Source of the DNA: Octopus sinensis
Taxonomy: Eukaryota
Direction: 5' to 3'
DNA length: 24,011 nt
Assembly: GCF_006345805.1 (NCBI RefSeq)
Contig: NW_021836498.1
Location: 1-24,011, forward strand
The translations under genes and the position numbers were made by a program. The notes below the pieces were generated by a model that searched no databases, had not been told where the DNA came from, and was given only the letters and a program-made list of their open reading frames with translations. Numbering within the stretch: position 1 is the stretch's first letter; every line of letters starts with the position of its first letter. Shown piece after piece: positions 10,427-20,154 of the stretch.

Positions 10427-10682
10427 TGTATGCATGTACATATATGTGTATATATACGTACACGTGTGTATGGGTGGGTGTGCGCGAATACATATTTATA
10501 TATTCGACTTCATTAGGTATGCTTAACTTATGATGTGCATCAAAGGACTCTTTGCAGAGCCTAGCATCATGCGTTACCGAATACTGAAACGTATGTAACA
10601 TGAAATAAACGAAAACCAACTTCAAGCCCATATTCTTTCCTCTCAATACACGCGCGCACAGACACATGACACACATACACAC

Positions 10683-10729
<47 letters not shown>

Positions 10730-10845
10730 TATATATATCATAAACGATGATTTGCAAATTCATTTTCAAAACGTTCTGGCAGATTCAAACGCAAATATGC
10801 CCGATCGCTCTTGCTGATTTCTTGTTTTCCTGTGAATCGATTTTG

Positions 10846-12360
10846 ATAGTTTAAGAGTAAAATTTAGGATTTCTCGATTTTCAGTGAATCGATTTTGATA
10901 AAACTTTTCCCAGCTGGTTTCCACACCATGGCAATACCATTGTCGTGTTTTCATTATTGTGTATAACGTCCTTTCCGTTTCATTTTTATTTCAGATTCTT
11001 CAGTTTTGGGGTGAACCACGCTAATAGCTTTTGAATGAAAAGAGCCCATCTACACATTTTTATTTCAGAAAATGAAGAGTAATGATACATATTAAGCTAA
11101 CATTGAGTTTACATCTAACAAAAAAACCATAATATTACAATATTTATTGACATAATGAGTTATTTAGACACATGAGCACTATTTTGGAGGATAATTTCAA
11201 AACCCCTGAGTCATGGAATCTGTCAATTTCATAATAGTAGAAGGTTGGACTGCCTCTGCTGCAGCTTTGATGGTCACCCATAAAACATCTTTCGACGTAA
11301 ATTGGTGTCATCAGCATAAACATCTTGTTTAATAATGGACCAAAGATATTCGTTAGGTTTAAGATTCGGGGATGCTAGTGGCCACGCCATCAACCTTTCA
11401 CCTTGTATGCCGTAAGACCCTAGTAATGTTTGGGTGTCCTAGCAGAGTGGGAGGGAGTGTTGTTATGCATGAATAGGGGATTCCTTAGAATTGACAGCTT
11501 ATGTCATCTAGACGGGGATCCAAGACTTCCTTCAGGAGATTGCAGTAGGTGGCTGCGGTTACTTTAATCTCATCAGGCATTCTTACTGGGCCAACAGGTC
11601 TGCCCCCAACGACACCAGACCGCAACATCACTCCTCCATCCTGTTGTTGACGTCGTAAGAGCTGATGACGCTCAGCTCCAAAATAAACCCATTTGCCCAA
11701 CTGTGAGGTTTATCAAGGGTCACCCTTGTTTCGTCAGTGAACAGAACACAACTCATATCTAACTTCATGTAGTTTTGAGCCTATTGAAGCCTCAAATTCC
11801 TATGAGGAAGCATTTTCAATGTTTCTCGCACGGAAGCCATGGTTCTTAGGATGCGATTTCTGGTTTCCGGTACATGAGGAAGTCGGGAAGCGGTGAAATT
11901 GGCTTTGCTTGTTTGTCCAGGTGTTCCATGTAACTTGCGGTCAATATTCCTTAAATCCCTAGCTGTCACAGTCTTGGAGGTCTCATAAACGAATCGTTTC
12001 TTCCTTGGCACTCATGTGGTTATGTAATTTATTATGTCAATAAATCTTATAATAATATTATGGTTTTCTGTTAAAATGTAAACTCAATGTTTGCTTAATA
12101 TATATCATTACCGTTCATTTTCTGAAATAAAAAAAATGTATAACTGGGCTATTTTCATTCAAAAGCTATTGGCGTGGTTCATCCAAAAACTGAAGAATCT
12201 GAAATTAAAAAAAGAAAGGGCGTTATACAGAATAATGAAATCACGATAATGGTGTTGCTATGGTATGCAAACCAGCTGGGAAAAGTTCTATTAAAATCGA
12301 TTCACTGAATATCGAGAAATCCTAAATTTCACTTCTAAACTATTAGCGTGGCTATGGTTG
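10846..12360 (-). mobile_element. Tc1-like DNA transposon of TRT (DD37E) type with long inverted repeats
   Basis: Inverted repeats at 10846-11176 and 12011-12360; the right end reads ..GGTTG|TA (TA at 12361-12362); a degenerate transposase lies between them. Confidence 0.85.
11160..12011 (-). pseudogene. TRT-type Tc1 transposase pseudogene (DD37E spacing; several frameshifts; first HTH missing)
   Basis: Conceptual translation across frameshifts: TARDLRNI..TRNRILRTMASVR..AQNYMKLDMSCVLFTDETRVTLD..WANG..RRQQQDGGVM..VGPVR..TYCNLL..LFMHNNTPSHSA..GERLMAWPLASPNLKPNEYLWSIIK. There are 110 nt between the second D position and the E codon. Confidence 0.85.
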
Positions 12361-12377
12361 TATACTCACACACACAC

Positions 12378-12472
<95 letters not shown>

Positions 12473-13736
12473 AGAGAGAGAGAGAGAGAGAGATCTGAGA
12501 AGCCAGAAGCCAGATGAAGGTAGGGTAATTTATGCCTTCTAAAATTCACTTACATCCCTCCTTGACGAGATCCAGATGGAACTCTTCTCACCTGCTGAGG
12601 CCAATACGTGGATACTCTCTCTTTCTCTCTCTCTATCCCTATCTATCTTTCTCTCTTACTCGATCGCTCGGTCTCTGATATCGGTGTGAAAATTTGAGAA
12701 ACTAGTCAAATTTTTCCCAGACTTTTGCGAGCTGAATATTGTTGTGTAACCATTTTATTTTTATTTTTACTATATGGACATATTGAATTATAGCAACATG
12801 TATATCCTAATATTAATCTTTGTCTGCCTAATTAAATTTCACCGTCAATCCTGTAACGATATTAACCATTTGCTAAAAAATAGAATTGCTTCTTCTGTTT
12901 CCGCAATATTTTTTCAACTTCTCCCCTAGGTAAGGTTTTCTTATCCACTGCTAAAAGAATTTGATTCTTCCCTCTATAAAGAGGAATTCGATGGAATGTG
13001 CGAAAAATTAATAAAATTCGAAAAATTGTTCTTCACAAAACATGTTTCTGATGTGTTTGCGTTTCTCACAGTTTGAAGAGAGGCTTTTGCTGTTTGTTTT
13101 TTAAGCCATAAAGTGAAACTGCTTCCCGTAATTAACGACAATAATATTTTGAACATTTTTCCGCATTCAGAAAGTCAAGAGCACAGCAACAGCTTGGTAT
13201 TTGGCGCTCCACTGATTGTGTTATTTTTATAAACATTGTAATAAGTTCCATGTTTCTAAACGAAGTTTTGCAGATATATGTTTTCAAGAGTACAAACTCG
13301 GACTGAGTTGATAAATTTTTAAGAAAAAAATATTTCGGAGGAGTTTCGGGTCTATGTGACCATCTTGTGAGAATTCATTAATAGAAGTTTCTATAACAAT
13401 ATCATTTTTAAACTTTGCTATTATTTTACACTGTAGATTCATATCTTTCAATCATCAAAATTACGTAATTTCCGCTATCGAAAATATTTCTTCGAAATGT
13501 CATTTAAAAATTTGCATTTGCATTTTGAAGAAAGTTACGAGCAAACAAGCTTGAGAAGGGCACAAGGGTGTATTCTTCTTTGCTATCAACTTCAGTGAAT
13601 TGTTTATGCGCGAGTGTGTGTGTGTGTGTGTGTTTGTGTGGGGGGTGGATGTATACATGCATATAAGTATATATATTTGTGTGTACGTATTTGTTTATTT
13701 AATGCATATATGTGTGCGTGTGTGTGTATACATATG

Positions 13737-13817
<81 letters not shown>

Positions 13818-13818
13818 A

Positions 13819-14281
13819 CGAGCAAAACGCCCCCCCCCCGTCCAATGGACGGTGCTGAGTTGTCAAACATTTAAACCAAATTTTCTGAAAACACCTTGTC
13901 CGACCGTCCCATAGGCCTCCCCTTTCAGAAACATTGATTTAACCTAAATTTGAGACACCAGCAAAAGAAGAAATAAAGATAGACTTTTTTTCTATTCCAA
14001 AGAAAAACGATTTTATTCACACAAATATGCAACCGAAGAGTTTAAAGTACCAGTAAATACATCGCAACATCTGATATACTTGCGCGTACAAATGCACGTT
14101 CCCACGGCTTTATCGATCGCATTCTCACCTGGAATCGAGTTTTGTAATTTTTTTAAGACTTCTATACACGCCCTGATACCATTGGTATCTACATATCAAA
14201 TTTGTGCGCAAACGGATGGAGGATGCCCGAGATCATAGAAGACACACACACAGACAGACAGAACGGATTTTATATAATAGA
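13819..14281 (-). mobile_element. Non-autonomous Helitron (463 bp)
   Basis: Minus strand starts A|TCTATTATATAAAA, contains a (TCTG)/(TG) tract, has hairpin CCGTCC-att-GGACGG (13838-13852) and ends CTCG|T. It sits between A and T. Confidence 0.75.
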
Positions 14282-14689
14282 TATGTATGTATGTATATAT
14301 GTATGTATATTTGTATATGCATGCATACATATAAATTATATATACGCACATATAATAATAAACAAAAAACATTAATGCTCTGAATTTGCAGGTGACTAGC
14401 CCGACCCAGACAGGTAACATTTGAAACTCTTTACATAAGTCAAGCTTGTCTCTCCAATATCCACAGGTGACATTCATTGCTCTATAACACCTACCTTTCA
14501 TGTTTTATAGTTTGTTTGCTCTTTATTTATTTCCAATAAATATCAAAACACTACAAATATAGCGACAAGTAAAAGTAATAAATAAATAGAAAAAAATATC
14601 AATCTCAATAAAAGCGCAGTAATGAAATATGAAAAACGCCCCCTCCGTCAAATGCAAGCAAGCAAATAGAATTACGTGTGTGTGTTTGT

Positions 14690-14718
14690 GTATGTATTTA
14701 CCTATATGTATGTGATTA

Positions 14719-14777
<59 letters not shown>

Positions 14778-14842
14778 CTTTACATGTAGCTATTTCTGTA
14801 TGTGTACGTATGTGTATATGTATACAAATAAATATGTACGTT

Positions 14843-14884
<42 letters not shown>

Positions 14885-15145
14885 TTTAATGTTTGTGTAT
14901 ATGTAGCTATTTCTGTATAATGTGTATGTATGTGTATATGTATACATATATACATGTATGTTTGTGTGTGTGTGTGTATATATATATAATGTGTGTGCGC
15001 GCATTTGAACATGTTTGCTTATACATTGTGTGAGTGTGTATATATTTTATATGCATCTACATGTATATATTTATATATATTTAGCAGTATATATGTATGT
15101 ATATATGTATATTGTATACGAATATATTCGTAATACTTATATATA
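14690..15145. repeat. (TA)n/(TG)n field including a ~117-bp tandem duplication (14784 and 14901)
   Basis: atgtagctatttctgtat recurs at 14784 and 14901 with collinear downstream sequence. Confidence 0.8.
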
Positions 15146-15146
15146 G

Positions 15147-15470
15147 CACGGGTGCGCCAAGTAATTGAGAACTAAATGAAACAGAAAATACTGAATGGCA
15201 GAAAATATATTTTCTTAAAAGAAAGGTTTCATACATTCTAATGCTTCATATTATTCGATAAAATTACCATCGATTTTATAAATGGCCTTGATGGGACCAT
15301 TTGAGTGACAGCATTTTTTGGATCTGCTGTTTCTTCATTATAGTTTTCATTGACGTCGTTGTAGCAACCTTGGCACAGCACTCTGACTTTGTGGTAAGGT
15401 TGGTTCGTTTTCTATGACGCTGCCGACAACCAGGAAAGTGTAAATGGTGAAATTACAACGAGTTTAGTTT
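15147..15470 (-). mobile_element. 3' remnant of a maT/DD37D-like Tc1/mariner element (C-terminus and one TIR)
   Basis: Minus strand across frameshifts: LNSL.., V.SVIE.ETNQPYHK, ..IKAIYKIDGNFIE* (stop at 15251-15253), then a TIR-like end (+ strand cacgggtgcgccaagtaattgagaac, 15147-15172) next to a TA tract. Confidence 0.5.
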
Positions 15471-15473
15471 ACC

Positions 15474-15516
<43 letters not shown>

Positions 15517-15521
15517 ATATA

Positions 15522-17018
15522 TAAATCCTTAAATCCTTAAAAATGTTTTAGCCCGAAGGCCGCGGCCATGCTGGGGCACCACCGCTGAATGAGCTACACT
15601 AGTTTGTGAATCCACCTCTGATACGTGGCACTTGATCAACAAGGAGTTCGATGCTGCTGCCCGCATCGTGTCTCCTGTCGTGAGGTAGGTTCATCTGGGA
15701 CTCCCAACAAGAAGAGATCCAGTTTAGTTTTAAAGAAACCCACATCCACACCATGTAAGTCTCTCTCAGGCATTTAGGGAGGATGTTAAAGAGCTGTGGT
15801 CCTCTGAAACCCAAGCTGTTGCAGTATCTGGACCTGTATTTTGATGGTGATGTTGGAATCCTTGGCACCACGCAGCGGCGCCCGTTCTGCGGTTGGAGTA
15901 ACTTTGAATGCCAAGTTTGGGACAAGACCCTCCAGGATTTTCCAGATGTATATCACTGCATATCTCTCCCGCCTCCGCTCCAGGAGAAGAGGTTTAATAC
16001 TTCAGTCTTTCCCAGTAGCTGACATTTTGCATTGAAACGATTTTCTTTGTGTAGCTTCTCTGAGTTGCTTCGAGTTCTGCTGTTTGTTTTATATTGTGTG
16101 GTGACCAAAGTTGGGAGCAGTAGTCCAAGCGGCTGAGGACAAATGTTTTCCATAGGACCATCAGTGTCTCCTTCTCTTGTTCTGAAAGTTCGGAGAATCC
16201 ATCCAGCTAGCCGTCTGCATTTTATCACCAGATTAGCAATATGCATTTGGAAAGATGCATCATTGCTCAGGTCAATGCCCAGGTCACGCACTGATTTTGA
16301 CTCAGGGATTGCAATTCTTCCTGGGCCAGTGTATCCAGTCTTCACGTCATTTACCTTTGTGTGCCAGTAGCGCAGGGCCTGGAACTTACCTGCATTAAAC
16401 TGCATGTTGTTGTCCTCAGCCCACCTGTATATTGTGTCCAGCTCATGTTGCAGATGCGCAATATTTTCAGGGTTTTGTATTGCGTGGGAGACTTTTGTGT
16501 CATCTGCATAGCTAGCAAGGGTGGTCATCGTAGCAACTGAAGGCATGTCTGAAAGGGCCACTATGAACATCAGTGGCCCCAAGACAGTGCCCTGTGGGAC
16601 ACCGCTTGTTATTTGCGTTTCCCTGGAGGTGGCTCCATTGCTCACAACTGCCTGTTTTCTGTCTTTTAGGAAGTTGTGCAGCCACTCTCCAATTTCCCGC
16701 CTATGCCGAGACCACGCAGTTTGTGACAGATCATACCATGGTCGACTTTATCAAAGGCTTTTGCAAAGTCAAGATATATTACATCCACATTGAGCCATTT
16801 AGTAGCTGTTTCAACACCCAGTCATAGTGTTGCAGGAGCTGTGTTAGGCAGCCTCTACCTGGTCGAAATCCATGCTGGGTGTCAGACAGTAAGTCATTTT
16901 CTTCAAGGAACATGATTAGTTTCTTACGGACTATTCGTTCCATGACTTTGCTGATGTGTGAGGTCAGAGAGATAGGCCTATAATTTTTAGCATCTGCTCT
17001 GCTACCTCCCTTATGGAT
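15522..17018 (-). mobile_element. 5'-truncated CR1-group LINE (RT domain to 3' tail), flanked by (TA)n
   Basis: RT-coding remnant plus a short 3' UTR ending in hairpin ggcc-ttcg-ggct and two AGGATTTA units (15522-15537). Confidence 0.9.
15599..17016 (-). pseudogene. LINE ORF2 reverse transcriptase remnant (several frameshifts)
   Basis: HKGGSRADAKNYRPISLTSHISKVMERIV..QHGFRPGRGCLTQL..NVDVIYLDFAKAFDKVDHG..SGVPQGTVLGPLMF..YADDTK..RDLG..SRLDYCSQLWSP..ERRRERYAVIYIWKILEGLVPN; canonical non-LTR RT motifs. Confidence 0.92.
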
Positions 17019-17057
17019 ATATATATATATATAATATATATATATATGATGATGATA

Positions 17058-17201
17058 GATCGTTAGCCACTACAGGCATTTTTTTCTCTCCTTGTTTTTT
17101 CTGTGTCCCTTTCTGAAAAAGAGCGTAGACTCGAAACGTAAAATACTTTTACATTTCCTGAGCACCTCTCCTCGTCTTTTGTTTTTTCGTAAACTCTTCC
17201 T

Positions 17202-17267
<66 letters not shown>

Positions 17268-17345
17268 ATATATAATATATATATAATGTATGTATACACC
17301 GGAGTACACACATAAATGTGAAACAAGGTGGAAAAAGGGCCCGTT
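17058..17345 (+). mobile_element. Penelope-like pLTR remnant with an internal microsatellite and an inverted partial duplication
   Basis: Contains a degenerate minimal hammerhead (17110-17143). tttttctctccttgttt (17081-17097) is an inverted match to aaacaaggtggaaaaa (17321-17336). Confidence 0.5.
17110..17143 (+). ncRNA. Degenerate minimal hammerhead ribozyme (probably inactive, G8 to A)
   Basis: TTT-CTGAAAA-A-GAGC gtag ACTC-GAAA-CGTA-AAA: stem I of 3 bp, stem II with 3 of 4 pairs, palindromic ACGT stem III. Confidence 0.5.
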
Positions 17346-17375
17346 GTATGTATGTATACATACATATATGTATAT

Positions 17376-17409
<34 letters not shown>

Positions 17410-17617
17410 ATATATATATATATTTAAAATTATAATTAACCACATTAAAAGTTCTTCTAATGTGGTTTTAGAGTCAAGTTTTGGCTGCGATTTCCAGCGT
17501 GGTGATATCTCTTAGGTACCCTAAATTATAATTTTAGTAATAATTATTACCTTTGACGTTTTTTATTCCCCTGCTGGTCACATGATAAGTTCGATATTTA
17601 AATAATGATCTTATCCC

Positions 17618-17655
<38 letters not shown>

Positions 17656-17756
17656 ACAGAGAGTGTGTGTGTGTGTGTATGGGCACGTGCACACATACAT
17701 TTATACACATATGTATATATTTTCATCGTTTGTGTCGTGTGTCAATGATATATTGG

Positions 17757-17797
<41 letters not shown>

Positions 17798-17812
17798 GGA
17801 GAGAGAGAGCGA
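17757..17812. repeat. (GA)n microsatellite
   Basis: Direct reading. Confidence 0.9.
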
Positions 17813-17949
17813 GAGGGCCACTGACAGAGTGATCAAAAGAGGAAATAGGAGAGAAGGAAAATATATAAGAATAACGAACTAACTAAAAGCGGTAAGGATT
17901 GATTGGAGCAAGACAAGGAAGACGGTAAAATAAAATACAACGAACAATA

Positions 17950-17954
17950 ATAAC

Positions 17955-18003
<49 letters not shown>
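17950..18003. repeat. (TAA)n microsatellite
   Basis: Direct reading. Confidence 0.95.
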
Positions 18004-18004
<1 letters not shown>

Positions 18005-18014
18005 TCATAAGAAT

Positions 18015-18352
18015 AACCCTTTCTGCTAAAGGAATAAGGCTTGAAATTTGGCGGGTGGGGACTAATCGATTACATTGACGCCAGTGTTTCATTAGGACTT
18101 AATTTATCGACCCCGAAAGGATGAAAGGCAGAGTTGACCTTGACGGAATTTGAACTCGCACCATATGGACGGACGAAATGTTGCCAAGCATTTAACTACG
18201 GCATTCTTTTACTTGTTTCAGTCATTTGACTGCGGCCATGCTGGAGCACCACCTTCAGTCGAACAAGTCAACCCACGACTTATTATGTGTAAGCCTCTTA
18301 CTTATTCTATCGGTCTTAGGCATGCTAATGATTCTGCCGGCTCGCTGCCTTA
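18015..18352 (-). mobile_element. SINE family B copy (tail type B2) interrupted by a SINE A insertion
   Basis: 18015-18204 and 18319-18352 rejoin into one B copy (aagcattt..ggcat|gctaatgattctgccggctcgctgcctta). Confidence 0.8.
18205..18318 (-). mobile_element. 5'-truncated SINE A (3' tail only) with GGCAT target-site duplication
   Basis: tcttttacttgtttcagtcatttgactgcggccatgctggagcacc..ttattctatcggtct; GGCAT at 18200-18204 and 18319-18323. Confidence 0.85.
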
Positions 18353-18361
18353 AAATAATAA

Positions 18362-18370
18362 CGATGATGG

Positions 18371-18410
<40 letters not shown>

Positions 18411-18540
18411 GATGATGATGATGAGGAGGAGGAGGAGGAGGAGAGGAGGAGGAGAGGAGGAGGAGAGGAGGAGGCGGAGGAGGAGGGGGATGGTGATGAT
18501 GGTGATGGTGGTGTTGATGGTGACGATGATGATGATCATC

Positions 18541-18572
<32 letters not shown>

Positions 18573-18636
18573 CATCATCATCATGTTCATGATGGTAATG
18601 ATGATGATGATGGTGATGATGATGATGATGATGATG
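18362..18636. repeat. Compound (GAT)n/(GAG)n/(CAT)n trinucleotide repeat
   Basis: Direct reading. Confidence 0.95.
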
Positions 18637-19581
18637 AATTCTTTTTGTAAAATATGAAATTGTATCACGGTCAATGAAAAGAGAGGAAAAGAAGCAAGAA
18701 ACGTGTTTAAGGATAAAATAAAAAATATAGAACAATGCATAGTAAAACAAAACTAAAAAACAAAAGGGTAGAAATTAAATAACAATAAAAGTATAAACAA
18801 ATATAAAACATTAGCAACAAGGTAAAGTAAGGTTAACATTAGGGAACAAGGTAGAAATAACAAGGAACAAGGTAACACACACACATAGACACACACATGC
18901 AGGGACACACACGCACAGACACACACATAGAGAAGGACACACATACTTGTTGAATCGAGATTAGCAACGGAACAAGTCCCTTTGACTTATTATTCCTGTC
19001 CTGCTTGTGATCTTATCGTCTCTTGACACAGACACATTCCTGGGAGTGTGGTGGTGGTAGTGGTGGCGGTGATTGTAGTGATCTTGGTGGCGGCGGTGGC
19101 GGTGGTGGTAGCCTAGGAGTAGGTCAGACGGTGACCTTACCCCACCCCCCTCCCACTTCCTTTTTACTCCGTCTAACGACATATTTTTGCGCCCATTATT
19201 TTGTTACTGTGATTGAAATGGTGTTTGACTTACAAGCTAGTCGAGCTTGTAAGGTGTTTTTGAGTTGATGCTGGAACATTCTTTATTCAGCCTGGAATTT
19301 TGTGAGTGCCGGAGTTGGTAGAATAGATTTCTATGCGTGACTTCTTCCCCGTGGAATCTGCCGACATATTTATTTGTCAGAGTAAGGAAAACCATAATCG
19401 ACAATGTTGGGTTTTATGAAGGCTGTAACAAAATTTCATTAACTCATCTACCCCATCGAATATGTCGATTCATTTGTAGGAATGGAGTAGCCTTGTTGAC
19501 AATGTTAATTTTTATGAAGGGACAGAGTAAATTCACTGATATACGAACTCCTATCAAATCAGACAATATACTTGTAGGGAT

Positions 19582-19690
<109 letters not shown>

Positions 19691-19691
<1 letters not shown>

Positions 19692-20079
19692 GGGAATGGA
19701 AGCACTCCGTCGGTTACAACGATGAGGGTTCCGGTTGATCCGAATCAACGGAACAGCCTTCTCGTGAAATTAACGTGTAAGTGGCTGAGCACTCCGCAGA
19801 CACGTGCACTCTTAACGTAGTTCTCGGGGATATTCAGCGTGACACAGAGAGTGACAAGGCCGGCCCTTTGAAATACAGGTACAACAGAAACAAGAAGTAA
19901 GAGTGAGAGAAAGTTGTAGCGAAAGAGTACAGCAGGGATCACCACCATCCCCTGCCGGAGCCTCGTGGAGCTTTAGGTGTTTTCGCTCAATAAACACTCA
20001 CAACGCCCGGTCTGGGAATCGAAACCGCGATCCTATGACCGCGAGTCCGCTGCCCTAACCACTGGGCCATTGCGCCTCC
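19691..20079 (-). mobile_element. SINE family C, full-length copy
   Basis: Minus strand head GGAGGCGCAATGGCCCAGTGGTTAGGGCAGCGGACTCGCGGTCATAGGATCGCGGTTTCGATTCCC has an A box (TGGCCCAGTGG) and a B box (GGTTTCGATTCCC). It ends ..aaccgacggagtgcttccattccc followed by (ATT)n. Confidence 0.9.
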
Positions 20080-20081
20080 AC

Positions 20082-20133
<52 letters not shown>

Positions 20134-20154
20134 TAATCATAATAATAATGATAA

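Noticed and set aside
12680-13560. AT-rich stretch that might be a DNA transposon/MITE remnant
   Set aside because: I could not find TIRs, TSDs or coding motifs.
20003-20079. tRNA gene
   Set aside because: A and B boxes are present but there is no proper acceptor stem or cloverleaf, and it continues into a SINE body. The same applies to the A and B family heads.
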